Position numbers and translations under genes: made by a program. A DNA stretch of 64,000 nucleotides from Vicinamibacterales bacterium (GTDB taxonomy: Bacteria > Acidobacteriota > Vicinamibacteria > Vicinamibacterales > SCN-69-37): NCBI GenBank assembly GCA_030827135.1, contig JAURFE010000001.1:430368-494367 (forward strand), read 5' to 3'. The notes beneath the pieces are model-generated. The model was not told where the DNA came from. It saw only the letters and a list, made by a program, of their open reading frames with translations, and ran no database searches. Position 1 is the stretch's first letter, and the number at the start of each line of letters is the position of its first letter. Positions 8,725 through 19,500 of the stretch are shown here, piece after piece.

Positions 8725-10137
8725 TTACTTCCGTTTCCAGCGGGTCCCGGCGGGACCGTCTTCAAGGATGATGCCGCGCGCGTCGAGGTCGACGCGAATC
8801 TGATCGGCAAGGGCGAACTGGCGATTGACGCGTGCCAGCCGCCGCGCTTCAACCAGCGCCGTGATCTCCGCGTCGTCGGCGGACGGGGTGGCGTCTTCCG
8901 CCCGTCTGAGGCTGATGACACCCAGCACCTGATCGAACTCACCAAACGCCGCACGAATCGCCTCGGCATCAGGCCGGCCCACGCCGCGGGCATCAATCGC
9001 CGCATTGAGCTCGCGGAGCACCTCAAACATCACGCCAAGTGCGCCGGGCACGTTCAAATCGTCGGCGATGTGTGTGCGAAACGCCCGCCGGGCCGCCTCA
9101 AGTCGGGCGAGCACCTCCGGGTGCGCGTCCCCGCCGGCCACGGCATCCACACGAGCCAGAAAGTCGGTCAGTCGCGTCAGGGCCGCGTCCGCCTGCGCCA
9201 GGATGTCGAAGCTGAACGTCAGCTGCTTGCGATAGTGCACCGACATCAGCAGGTAGCGCAGAGCCGACGGCCGGAAGCCACGGTCGCGAATGTCCTGGAT
9301 GTTGTAGACATTGCCGAGCGACTTCGACATCTTCTCGTGCTCGAGATTCAGAAACTCGACGTGCACCCAGAAGCGCGCAAACTGGCGCCCTGTCGCGCAT
9401 TCGGCCTGCGCGATCTCGTTTTCGTGGTGCGGGAAGATCAGATCGATCCCGCCGCCATGGATGTCAATCGGCCCGTCGCCCAGCAGACGCAGCGCCATCG
9501 CCGAGCACTCGATGTGCCAGCCGGGCCGGCCTGGACCGCAGCCGTAGTCCCAGGTCGGCTCGCCGGGTTTGGTGGACTTCCACAACACGAAGTCCCGCGC
9601 GTCATGCTTCGTGTAGGTATCGGCATCCACGCGCGCGCCCGCCTGAATCCCCTCGTGATCCAGTCGCGCCAGCTTCCCGTAATCGGGCATGGTCGCGATG
9701 CGGAAGTACGTGGAGCCTTCTGATTCGTAGGTGTGCCCACGCTCGCCCAGCGCCTGAATCATGCCGGTCATCGCACGCAGGTTGGCTTCATCGGTGGCGC
9801 GCGGATTTTCCTCAACCGCCTCAAGCCCGAGCGCGGCGCAATCCTCATGGAACGCCTGGATGTAACGGTCGGTGTACGCGCGAAGCGACACACCCGCCTG
9901 CGCGGAGGCCGTGATGGTCTTGTCGTCCACGTCCGTGAAGTTCACGACGTGACGCATGGCATAACCTTCCTGATGCCGGAGGGCACGACGCAACACGTCC
10001 AGCGCGACAAACGTGCGGAAGTTGCCGATGTGCCCGCGGGCGTACACGGTCAAGCCGCACGTATACATGCGCACGGTCTTGCCGTCGGCGGGTACGAACG
10101 TCTCTTCAGTTCTGGTGAGAGTGTTATACAGGCGCAC
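8725..10137 (-). CDS. cysS: Cysteine--tRNA ligase
   Basis: HIGN (HIGH-type) and KMSKS motifs are present, and the N-terminus VRLYNTLTR is typical of CysS. The GTG at 10137 is chosen as start because the upstream gene stops at 10140. Confidence 0.95.
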   Translation of the reverse strand: MRLYNTLTRTEETFVPADGKTVRMYTCGLTVYARGHIGNFRTFVALDVLRRALRHQEGYAMRHVVNFTDVDDKTITASAQAGVSLRAYTDRYIQAFHEDCAALGLEAVEENPRATDEANLRAMTGMIQALGERGHTYESEGSTYFRIATMPDYGKLARLDHEGIQAGARVDADTYTKHDARDFVLWKSTKPGEPTWDYGCGPGRPGWHIECSAMALRLLGDGPIDIHGGGIDLIFPHHENEIAQAECATGRQFARFWVHVEFLNLEHEKMSKSLGNVYNIQDIRDRGFRPSALRYLLMSVHYRKQLTFSFDILAQADAALTRLTDFLARVDAVAGGDAHPEVLARLEAARRAFRTHIADDLNVPGALGVMFEVLRELNAAIDARGVGRPDAEAIRAAFGEFDQVLGVISLRRAEDATPSADDAEITALVEARRLARVNRQFALADQIRVDLDARGIILEDGPAGTRWKRK

Positions 10138-10139
10138 GC

Positions 10140-10424
10140 TTACCCCTTCGGGGTCAGCACCGGATGCGTGACCACCGATGACCGGTCGCCGCAACGCACC
10201 GTCACCTCAACCTGACCGGCGAGGGTCCGGAAGTCCATCGTGACCGCGTCCAGGTCCCCGGCCGTCACCGCCACGGTCTCGACCGCCCCAGCGACGGCTG
10301 AGGCCACCGACGCCACGTCCGCCTCTGAGCCGCCCTGAGCCGCGCAGTACTTCCCCGCCAATTCCGCGCCGATCGCGCGAAACCGCGCGTCCAGCGGGAC
10401 AAGCAATTGCACTCGGTCCGACAT
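10140..10424 (-). CDS. Hypothetical 94-aa protein
   Basis: ORF between ribF and cysS, ending 2 nt before the cysS start. The ATG at 10424 is preceded by TAGAAT 8 nt upstream. I recognise no confident family. Confidence 0.5.
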   Translation of the reverse strand: MSDRVQLLVPLDARFRAIGAELAGKYCAAQGGSEADVASVASAVAGAVETVAVTAGDLDAVTMDFRTLAGQVEVTVRCGDRSSVVTHPVLTPKG

Positions 10425-10451
10425 CGGCAACGATTCTACCTCGGAGGTGCC

Positions 10452-11384
10452 TTACAGGCCCAAATCCGCCAGCACATGCCGGGCCGCCTGGCAGTCGTCG
10501 CCAATCTGCGCGGCCAGCGCCTCGAGTGACGAGTACTTCCGCTCCTCGCGAAGCCAGCGCACAAAGGCGACCCGCATCGACTTGCCGTAGAGGTCCATGG
10601 ACGCATTCAGCAGATACGTCTCCACCATCACACGGTTGTCGCCGATCGTGGGGCGGATGCCGACGCTCGTGACCGCGGGAAACACGACGCCGTCAATCAT
10701 CGCGACCGTGGCATAAATGCCGTACGCGGGGAGCTGCTCGTTCTGCGTCTGGAGATTCGCGGTGGGATACCCGAGCTCGCGCCCCCGGCCATCGCCGTGC
10801 ACCACCACGCCATCAAGCGCATAGTGGTGGCCCAGCAGATCGCCGGCCTCTTCCACCCGGCCCTCCGCGAGCAGGTGCCGGACACGCGTGCTCGAGACCA
10901 CAAAGTCCTTGAACCGGACCGGGTCGATCTTTTCCGCGCGAAAGCCCCGGTCCTCACCCAGAGCCTTGAGCAGCGTAAACGTGCCCATCCGATCGCGACC
11001 GAACAGGAAGTTCGCGCCGACCCACACTTCGGAGACACGCAACCACTCCACCAGCACCGTGTCCACAAACGTCTCGGGCTCCCACCGGGCCATCTCCGGC
11101 GTGAACTGGACGACCACCACCCCCTGAATGCCGGCCCGCCCGCAAGCCTCGATCTTCTGGTCGAGGGTCATCAGCAAGGGCGGGGCCTTGTCGGGACGCA
11201 CCACGCGGGGCGGATGGGGATCAAAGGTGACGACAACGGGCGTACCCGCACAACGGTCCGCCTGCCGGCACACCTGGTCCAGGATCTTCTGGTGCCCGCG
11301 ATGCACACCGTCAAAATTGCCGAGCGCAGCGACGGGCCGGGGCCAGAGCGGTGGGGCGTCGTTGGGGAACCGGGCTACGAACAT
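10452..11384 (-). CDS. ribF: Bifunctional riboflavin kinase / FMN adenylyltransferase
   Basis: GNFDGVHRGHQ motif, plus a C-terminal riboflavin kinase region (GYPTANL, TYLL). About 310 aa. Confidence 0.93.
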   Translation of the reverse strand: MFVARFPNDAPPLWPRPVAALGNFDGVHRGHQKILDQVCRQADRCAGTPVVVTFDPHPPRVVRPDKAPPLLMTLDQKIEACGRAGIQGVVVVQFTPEMARWEPETFVDTVLVEWLRVSEVWVGANFLFGRDRMGTFTLLKALGEDRGFRAEKIDPVRFKDFVVSSTRVRHLLAEGRVEEAGDLLGHHYALDGVVVHGDGRGRELGYPTANLQTQNEQLPAYGIYATVAMIDGVVFPAVTSVGIRPTIGDNRVMVETYLLNASMDLYGKSMRVAFVRWLREERKYSSLEALAAQIGDDCQAARHVLADLGL

Positions 11385-12142
11385 ACGAGACGCAAACCAT
11401 CGTATGCGAGCGTGACGCCTTCAGGAAGCGTCGCGCATGTGGCCGCGTGCCCAAGGTCGTGGCACATGTGCGTGAAGTACGTCCGCGACGCGCCGATGCG
11501 GCCGGCCATCTCCACCGCCTCAGTCAGCGAAAAGTGCGTGGGGTGCGGGCGATGGCGCAAGGCGTCAAGGACGAGGACCTCAAGACCGTGCAGTTGGGCC
11601 AGCGTCTCGTCAGGCACGCTGTTGCAGTCAGTCAGATACGCAAAACGGCCGACACGGAACCCCAGCACCGGTGCATGCCCGTGATACAGCGTGAGCGGTT
11701 CGAACGACAGGGCCCCAATCGAAAACCGCCCGGCGATGGGAATCAGGTCGGCTTGGGGGACGCCCCCGCCACGCGGCGCGTCAGGATCAAAGGCATAGCC
11801 GAACGTGCGCTGCAAACCGGCAAGCGTCGCCCGGTCGCCATGGACCCGCATCGCGCGCTTCGCCAGCACGTTGAAACGCCGCAATTCATCAAAACCCAGA
11901 ATGTGGTCGGCATGCGCATGGGTGTAGACCACCGCATCCACGCGCGCGATGTCGTGGCGCAGACACTGCTGGCGCAAATCCGGTGTCGTGTCCACCAGTA
12001 CCACCGTCCCATCGTCGCCTTCCAGCACAATCGATGGGCGCAACCGGTTATCCCGCGGGTCATCCGACCGGCAGACGGCACAGGCACAGCCGATCATGGG
12101 CACCCCGTGCGACGTGCCGGTCCCGAGAAACAGCACTTTCAC
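11375..12142 (-). CDS. MBL-fold metallo-hydrolase (PhnP/YycJ-like)
   Basis: MKVLFLGTGTSHGVP, a CxxC insert and THAHADH (the HxHxDH motif). Confidence 0.85.
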   Translation of the reverse strand: MKVLFLGTGTSHGVPMIGCACAVCRSDDPRDNRLRPSIVLEGDDGTVVLVDTTPDLRQQCLRHDIARVDAVVYTHAHADHILGFDELRRFNVLAKRAMRVHGDRATLAGLQRTFGYAFDPDAPRGGGVPQADLIPIAGRFSIGALSFEPLTLYHGHAPVLGFRVGRFAYLTDCNSVPDETLAQLHGLEVLVLDALRHRPHPTHFSLTEAVEMAGRIGASRTYFTHMCHDLGHAATCATLPEGVTLAYDGLRLVCS

Positions 12143-12188
12143 GCCTTACAGATTACAGGCGTTCGCACACTCTGTTACCTTCTTGGCC

Positions 12189-13037
12189 ATGCCTGTTTCG
12201 ACGCACACGCGCGCCGCACGCGCTGCTCGCGCGATGGCGCGATTGGTTCGCATCATGGCCACGCTCAGATCCCCGGATGGCTGTCCGTGGGATCGCAAAC
12301 AGACACACCGGACTCTGCGGCCCTTCCTGCTCGAAGAAACGTACGAAGCGCTGGAGGCCCTCGACCGCGAGGACCACAAGGCGCTGCCAGGAGAGTTGGG
12401 CGACGTGTTGTTCCAGGTTGTGTTTCACGCGCAAATCGCCGCAGAAAAGCGTCGCTGGGATATGGCGGACGCGCTGACCGCCATTGCCGACAAACTTATT
12501 CGCCGCCATCCCCATGTCTTCACGGCGTCTGGCCGCAAGCTGCCGCGGTCGCGTGGGCGGAAAGGCCGTACGCCGAAAACGCCGGCCGCCGTGCTGACGC
12601 AGTGGGAGCAGCTCAAGGCGGCCGAACAGTCGGGGCGAGGAGAACAGCGACGGGTCCTGGCCGGCGTTCCAAAATCGCTGCCCTCGCTCTTGCGGGCGCA
12701 TGAGATTGGCACTCGCGTGGCGTCGGTGGGCTTCGACTGGCCGGACACCGCCGGGGTCGTGGACAAGATCGACGAAGAAGTGCGCGAGTTGCGCGAAGCG
12801 GTGACCGAGAGTCCCGCGCGTGCGGCCGAAGAACTCGGTGACCTCCTCTTCTCGATTGCCAACCTCGCGCGCAAGCTCAACATCGAGCCGGAGTCCGCGC
12901 TGCGCGCTGCCAACGACAAGTTCTCGGCGCGGTTTGCCGCCGTGGAAGCCGACCTCGAAGCCCGAGGCTCCTCGGTCCATGCCGCGTCCGTTGAGGAGAT
13001 GGAGGCCGCGTGGCAACGCATCAAAGCACACGGCTGA
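12189..13037 (+). CDS. mazG: Nucleoside triphosphate pyrophosphohydrolase MazG (tandem MazG domains)
   Basis: LRSPDGCPWDRKQTHRTLRPFLLEETYEALEAL and a second EELGDLLFSI module. Start is the ATG at 12189. Confidence 0.9.
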   Translation: MPVSTHTRAARAARAMARLVRIMATLRSPDGCPWDRKQTHRTLRPFLLEETYEALEALDREDHKALPGELGDVLFQVVFHAQIAAEKRRWDMADALTAIADKLIRRHPHVFTASGRKLPRSRGRKGRTPKTPAAVLTQWEQLKAAEQSGRGEQRRVLAGVPKSLPSLLRAHEIGTRVASVGFDWPDTAGVVDKIDEEVRELREAVTESPARAAEELGDLLFSIANLARKLNIEPESALRAANDKFSARFAAVEADLEARGSSVHAASVEEMEAAWQRIKAHG

Positions 13038-13624
13038 CGGCGGCGGACCTGCCGGAGGTCATCGATGTCATGGCCGATGCGTTCCGCGACTACCCGGTCA
13101 TGCGCTATGTCGTCGGTCCGGGCGGTGATGTCGGAGCGAGAACGCGGCGCCTGGTCGAACTGTTCGTCACTCGTCGCCTCCGCCGCGGCGGGCCCATGTT
13201 CGGTGTCGTCGACCGCGACTCCGGCACACTGGCGGCGGCCGCGATTCTCACGTTGCCGACAGAGGCGCCTCCACCCGAGGACCTCGCACCCTGGGTCGAC
13301 GCGATCTGGACGGCGCTCGGATCGGACGCATTTGATCGGTACCAGCAGTACGCGGCGAGCTGGCCGGTCATCGAGGCCACGCCGCATCACCACCTGAACA
13401 TGATCGGCGTCCGCCGCGCCCACGCCGGATCCGGGCTCGCGCGCGCGCTCCTGACAACCGTCGCGGCTCTGGCCGATGCCGACCCGGGTTCATCGGGCGT
13501 CTCGCTGACGACGGAAGTGGCGCGCAACGTGCCGTTCTACGAACACTTCGGCTACCAGGTCGTGGGCCACAAGGTGGTGTCGCCACCGCTCGAGACGTGG
13601 GCGCTCCTCAGACGATGTCCATGA
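13010..13624 (+). CDS. GNAT family N-acetyltransferase
   Basis: Acetyl-CoA-binding-like segment IGVRRAHAGSGLARALL and a C-terminal FYEHFGY. The GTG start overlaps the mazG 3' end, so the start is uncertain. Confidence 0.75.
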   Translation: MATHQSTRLTAADLPEVIDVMADAFRDYPVMRYVVGPGGDVGARTRRLVELFVTRRLRRGGPMFGVVDRDSGTLAAAAILTLPTEAPPPEDLAPWVDAIWTALGSDAFDRYQQYAASWPVIEATPHHHLNMIGVRRAHAGSGLARALLTTVAALADADPGSSGVSLTTEVARNVPFYEHFGYQVVGHKVVSPPLETWALLRRCP

Positions 13625-16037
13625 CGCGGCCGCTGATCGATCGCAGGCGGACAACGCGCCCATCGGTCTCAATGATCACGGCACCATGCTGATCCGTGCG
13701 CAGGACGTGAACATCGCGGGCCGAGAACCGGCCCAGCACTTCGGCCGAAGGATGACCAAAGAGATTCCCCGCGCCGGCACTGATGATCGCGGCGTGCGGC
13801 ACGTACAGGTCAAGGAAGTGGTCGCTCGACGACGACCGGCTGCCGTGGTGGGCGACTTTCAGGATCCTGATGCGGGGCGGCGCCCCGGCCCGGTCAGCGA
13901 CGGGAGCCTGTGATTCGTACTCCGGTCCGGCGTCGCCGGTCAGCAGTACTGAGACATCGCCGTATCGCAGTTCCAGCACCAGCGAATCGTCATTGCGCAC
14001 ACGCACGCGCTGCCAGTCGGCTGGTGGCGGGTGTTGAACGGCGATGTGCACGGCACCGAGTTCAAGTTTGTGACCGGCCTGAAGTCGTCGCCAGCCCATC
14101 CCACGGTGCTGCGCGAGGGTGCGCAGGTCGAGCAACGTCGAATCGGCATCCACCGGAATGCCCTCCCACACTTCCCGCGGCGACAGGTCCTCGACGACGC
14201 GCCGGGCGCCGCCGGCGTGATCAAGGTCACCGTGGGTCACGGCAAACCAGTCGAGGCGTCGTTCGCCCAAGGCCCACACGGCGGGCGTCGTCACGCGGCC
14301 GCCCACATCAAACGAGCCGCCGGGCGTGCCGCCGGCATCGACGAGCAATGCGTGCCGGCTCGGCGTCTGTACAAGCACAGCCTCCCCCTGCCCGACGTCA
14401 AGGATGGACACCCGCAGCCACCCGGCAGCGGGCCGCCTGAGCGGCACCCACGGCGATGTGACGATGACGATGAGCAGACCCGCCGCCACGACGACCGCGG
14501 CGCGCCGCCACGACGGCCGGGGCCACACCAGTGCCAGCGCAAGGGCGGCGTAGTACGCGCTCACCCACGCGAGATTTGACGATGGCACACGCCAGGAGAG
14601 CCACGGTGCGAGATCAAGCGCCGCTGAGGATCCCAGCAGCACGGTCGTCGCGGAATGCGCCAGCCACGCGGCCGCCGCAGCCGCCGGCGCCGACACGATC
14701 GCCAGGAGGCAGACGGCCATTCCGGCAAGTTGGACAACACCCATCGCTGGAATGGCGATCAGGTTCAGCAGCAGCCCCGCCACCGTGACGCGGCCGAACA
14801 CCTGCGCACTCACCGGCATGATGATGAGTTCAGCGGCGACCGTGGCAAGGCACGCAACAACAAGCCAGTCCCAGGCCGCCCGCCATCCACGTGAGGGACG
14901 TGCGTGGCGCCGCGCCTGATCAATCAGGCGCGGCAGGACGACGATGAGTCCGAAGGTCGCGCCGAACGACAGCCAGGCCCCCACATCGAGCACGGTGAGC
15001 GGCGACCAGGCGACGCACACGGCAGCCACCACAGCCAGCAGGTTCACGGGCTTCGGCGGCACGCCGCGCAGGCGAAGACCGAGATAACACAGGGCCGCCA
15101 GCACCGCCCGGGTGACCGACGACTCGTCGCCGACGATCGCGCCGTACGAGGCGACGACGCCGATCGTGATCACCAGAGGCACGGTCTGCGAGCGCGTGAC
15201 CAGCCGCAGCCCGAGCAGACATGCCACAGCCAGCATCGCGACGTTGCCGCCGGAGATGGCGATGACATGGAAGGTGCCGGCCGCCTGCAGTCTGCGCACC
15301 AACGCCTCATCGAGCCCGGCGCGATCGCCAATCAGAATCGCCGTCACCACCGCGCGACTCGACTCTGCATGGGGGCCGAGGTACCTCGTCACACTGCGCC
15401 GGACATGCGCCCGCACCGACGCGGCCCGTTCCTGCCACCACGGTCCCGCAGCCACGTCCACCAGCGCGGCGCTCTTGATGGTGCCCAACAGATCAAACGG
15501 CTGCGTGAGGTGTTGCCAGTCCACCGGGGGCGAGCCCGGATTGCGCACCACATCGGGACGCCGAAACCGGGTGGGTGCGGTGAATGGCCGGCCGCGGGTC
15601 CACGAGGTAATGGCGGCCGGGCCGAGGGTGCCTGCCACCGTGACTCGCGCCCGTCGACCATCAATCAGGAGTTCAACCCGAACGCCTGTCCGCGACAGCA
15701 CCGCATCCGAGAGCAACACGCCGGTGACCACGCGGGGCGCATCCCCGAACATCTCGGGCGGCACTGGACGCAACACCGATACACGGGTCCCGGCTCCGTA
15801 GGCCGCCGCGGCGCTCGCCACCACCACCAGCGTCACCCGAGGGCACGGCCACACGAGCCCAACGGCGATTGTGGCCAGGCCAAGCCCGACCGCGGGGGCC
15901 AGTACTCCCTCCCAGACCACACCAATCGCGACACCCGCCACCCACACGAGGCATCCCCGCAACCCGGCAGACATGCCCCGAGCGACCTGCAACCCATGCC
16001 AGGCGCGCTCCCACGTCCGGACGTGGGGGCGTGGCAC
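13608..16037 (-). CDS. comEC: DNA internalization competence protein ComEC/Rec2
   Basis: Polytopic membrane core plus a C-terminal MBL domain (ILDVGQGEAVLV, THGDLDHAGG, VAHHGSRSS). The start could be the GTG at 16037 or the ATG at 15974. Confidence 0.9.
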   Translation of the reverse strand: MPRPHVRTWERAWHGLQVARGMSAGLRGCLVWVAGVAIGVVWEGVLAPAVGLGLATIAVGLVWPCPRVTLVVVASAAAAYGAGTRVSVLRPVPPEMFGDAPRVVTGVLLSDAVLSRTGVRVELLIDGRRARVTVAGTLGPAAITSWTRGRPFTAPTRFRRPDVVRNPGSPPVDWQHLTQPFDLLGTIKSAALVDVAAGPWWQERAASVRAHVRRSVTRYLGPHAESSRAVVTAILIGDRAGLDEALVRRLQAAGTFHVIAISGGNVAMLAVACLLGLRLVTRSQTVPLVITIGVVASYGAIVGDESSVTRAVLAALCYLGLRLRGVPPKPVNLLAVVAAVCVAWSPLTVLDVGAWLSFGATFGLIVVLPRLIDQARRHARPSRGWRAAWDWLVVACLATVAAELIIMPVSAQVFGRVTVAGLLLNLIAIPAMGVVQLAGMAVCLLAIVSAPAAAAAAWLAHSATTVLLGSSAALDLAPWLSWRVPSSNLAWVSAYYAALALALVWPRPSWRRAAVVVAAGLLIVIVTSPWVPLRRPAAGWLRVSILDVGQGEAVLVQTPSRHALLVDAGGTPGGSFDVGGRVTTPAVWALGERRLDWFAVTHGDLDHAGGARRVVEDLSPREVWEGIPVDADSTLLDLRTLAQHRGMGWRRLQAGHKLELGAVHIAVQHPPPADWQRVRVRNDDSLVLELRYGDVSVLLTGDAGPEYESQAPVADRAGAPPRIRILKVAHHGSRSSSSDHFLDLYVPHAAIISAGAGNLFGHPSAEVLGRFSARDVHVLRTDQHGAVIIETDGRVVRLRSISGRVMDIV

Positions 16038-16119
16038 AAATTGCCACGCGCGAATAAACGCCGGGGACGCGATCCGGTTGTGGGCGCGGTGCCATCCGGG
16101 AGTCGAGTCCGCTTGACAG

Positions 16120-16518
16120 CTAGTCCTCGCGCTTCACGCGACCGCGCGCCGACTTGATGCGCCCGCGAATGACCTTGTCGGCAATGCGCGCCTGTTTGGC
16201 GGACCGCGAGGGCTTCGTTTTGCGGCGCGACTTCGGGACGACATGCGCGAGGTCCAGGAGCGCGGAGAGACGCGCGCGGGCCGCCTCGCGATTCTGCGCC
16301 TGGGTGCGATATTCCCGGCTGTCAATCACCAGCACATCATCAGCCGTCAACCGACGGCCGGCGAGCACACGGAGGCGCAACTTGACGCCCTCGGCCAGCG
16401 GCGCCGCAGACACATCCAGACGCAGTTCCACCGCCGTGGCCACCTTGTTGACATTCTGACCGCCCGGGCCCGAGGCTCTGACGAAGCGCTCGGTGATGGG
16501 CAGTGCATCGAGGGTCAT
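16120..16518 (-). CDS. arfB: Alternative ribosome-rescue factor ArfB (peptidyl-tRNA hydrolase)
   Basis: [10 protein letters not shown] (GGQ motif) and a basic C-terminal tail. The start overlaps the carB stop (ATGA). Confidence 0.9.
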   Translation of the reverse strand: MTLDALPITERFVRASGPGGQNVNKVATAVELRLDVSAAPLAEGVKLRLRVLAGRRLTADDVLVIDSREYRTQAQNREAARARLSALLDLAHVVPKSRRKTKPSRSAKQARIADKVIRGRIKSARGRVKRED

Positions 16519-19500
16519 CTGCGAACCGCCTGGTGGTATTCCTGCAGGCTCTTCACGCTCAGGCCTTCCGCACGAATCGCCGTGATGGCACTCACCGCGG
16601 CCGACGCCCCGGTGAGCGTCGTGATGGCTGGAATGCCCTGCAACATGGCGGCGCGACGCACCGCGCGGTCGTCGAAAAACGACTCCCGGCCCAGCGGCGT
16701 ATTGATCACGAGGTCCACGTTCTTATTGACGATTTCGTCACCCACGTGTGGACGCCCTTCGTTGATCTTGAACACGATCTCGGCGTCGATGCCGTGCGCG
16801 CGCAGATACACCGCCGTGCCTCGCGTCGCCAGAATCTTGAAGCCGAGTTCCATCAAGCCACGAGCGATCGGCACCACGTTGGGCTTGTCATTGTTGTTGA
16901 CGCTGATGAAGACCGTGCCCTCCTGCGGCAGGTGCTGCCCCGCGCCCATCTGCGCCTTCGCAAAGGCGGACCCGAACGTCTCGGCGCCGCCCATCACTTC
17001 GCCGGTGGATTTCATCTCCGGGCCCAGCAGCGTATCGACGCCGGGGAACCGCACAAACGGGAACACCGGCGTCTTCACGAAGAAGCCCGAGACCGTCAGG
17101 TCCTCGGTGAACCCCTGCTCCGCCAGGGTCTTCCCGATCATCACGTTTGCGGCGATCTTGGCGAGCGGCACTCCGGTGGCCTTTGACAGATACGGGATGG
17201 TGCGTGACGCGCGCGGATTCACTTCGAGCACGTACACCACGTCGTCCTTGATCGCGAACTGCGCATTCATCAGCCCGACGACCTTCAGCGCGCGTGCGAC
17301 ACGACGCGCATAGTCCCTGATGGTGGCGACGTGTTTGTCGCTCAACTGATGCGGCGGCACCACACACGAACTGTCGCCGGAGTGAATGCCGGCCTGTTCG
17401 ATGTGTTCCATGATCCCGCCGATGATGACGTCGCCGGTCGCGTCGGCCACCGCGTCCACGTCGATCTCGGTTGCATCTTCGAGGAACTTGTCGATCAGAA
17501 TCGGATGTTCGGGCGAGAGCTGCACCGCCTGCCGCATGTAGCGGTCGAGGGAACCGGTGTCATACACGATCGCCATCGCGCGACCACCCAGCACGTACGA
17601 CGGACGCACCACCACCGGGAATCCGATGGACGAGGCGACCTCGCGGGCTTCCTCCGGCGAATGGGCCATGCCGCTTGCCGCCTGCGGAATCCCGAGTTCC
17701 CAGAGCAACTTCGAGAACCGCTCGCGGTCTTCGGCAAGGTCGATCGAATCCGGGGAGGTGCCGAGAATCCTGATGCCCGCCCCCTGCAGCCGTAGGGCCA
17801 GCTTCAGCGGGGTCTGGCCGCCATACTGCACGACGCACGCAACGTCTCCGCCACCCTGACGCTCGCGCGTCACGATCGCCGAGACGTCTTCGAATGTCAG
17901 TGGCTCGAAGTAGAGCCTGTCCACCGAGTCGTAGTCGGTGGAGACCGTTTCCGGATTGCAGTTGACCATCACGGTCTCGTACCCCTGGTCGCGCAGCGCA
18001 AACGCCGCGTGACAGCAGCAGTAGTCGAACTCCAGGCCCTGGCCGATGCGGTTCGGTCCGCTGCCCAGAATCACGACCTTGGCCCGCGGCGACGGCTCGG
18101 ATTCGCACTCGTCTTCGAAGGTGCCGTACATGTACGGCGTGAACGACTCGAACTCGGCCGCACACGTATCGATGCGCTTGTAGGCCGCGACCAGATTGTG
18201 CTCGAGACGACGGGCGCGGACGCTGTCTTCATCGATGCCGAGCAGTTGGGCGAGATCGATATCCGCAAAACCCGCCCGCTTCACTTCGCGAAGCAGGTCA
18301 GCCGACAGGTCACGGGCGCCGACCGCACGGACCTGATTGGCGAGTTCCGTCATCTGCCTGAACTGGGTGAGGAACCACGGGTCGATCTTTGTGAGGCGGT
18401 GGATCTCTTCAATCGTCCAGCCCCGCTCAAGCGCACGGAAGACGGCCCACATCCGGCGATCGGTCGGAATGCCGAGCGCGCGCTGCAGCGCCTGATCGTC
18501 TTCGTGCTCATGGGCCGAACCCGGGACCGCCTGACTGAAGAGGCGGCCGCTGCGGCCCAGTTCCAGCGACCGGAACGCCTTGAGGAAGGCCTCCTTGAAG
18601 GTGCGGCCGATGGCCATGGCCTCACCGACCGACTTCATCTGCGTCGTCAGAGTCCGATCGGCCGTCGGGAACTTCTCGAACGCCCACCGCGGCACCTTGA
18701 CGACGACATAGTCGATCGTTGGCTCAAACGAGGCCGGCGTCAGCCGGGTGATGTCGTTCTTGATCTCGTCGAGTCGGTACCCCAGCGCGAGCTTCGCCGC
18801 GATCTTGGCGATCGGGAAGCCGGTGGCCTTGGACGCCAGCGCCGACGAGCGGGAGACGCGCGGATTCATCTCGATGACAATCATCCGGCCGTCGGCCGGA
18901 TTGACGGCGAACTGGATGTTCGACCCGCCGGTTTCCACGCCGACGCGGCGGATGATGCGGCGGGCCGCATCACGCATCCGCTGGTACTCGCGATCGGTCA
19001 GTGTCAGGGCCGGAGCGACCGTGATGCTGTCACCGGTGTGCACGCCCATCGGGTCGATATTCTCGATGGAGCAGATGACCACGAAGTTGTCCTCGCAGTC
19101 GCGCATGACCTCGAGTTCGTATTCCTTCCACCCGATGACGGATTCTTCGATCAGCAACTCATGGACCGGGCTCATCGAGAGCCCGCGGGCGCAGATCTCC
19201 TTGAACTCCTCGACGTTGTAGGCGATGCCGCCGCCCACCCCGCCCATCGTGAACGAGGGACGGATAATCGCCGGAAAGCCGATCTTGTCGGACGCCTCAA
19301 GCGCCTGGTCGAGCGACCGCGCGTAGTAGCTCTCCGGCACCGCCACGCCGATCGAGCGCATCGCTTCCTTGAACTTCAGACGGTCCTCGGCCACCTTGAT
19401 GGCCGCGATGGAGGCGCCGATGAGCTCAACGTTGTACTTCCTGAGGACGCCGGCTTCGTCAAGGTCCACCGCCAGGTTCAGGGCCGTCTGCCCGCCGACG

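Noticed and set aside
8337-13624. YraN-like nuclease, MBL hydrolase, MazG and GNAT considered as a defence or toxin-antitoxin module
   Set aside because: They are interleaved with cysS and ribF, lie on different strands, and each looks like the ordinary housekeeping version of its family (e.g. a full tandem-domain MazG). There is no paired small antitoxin-like ORF.
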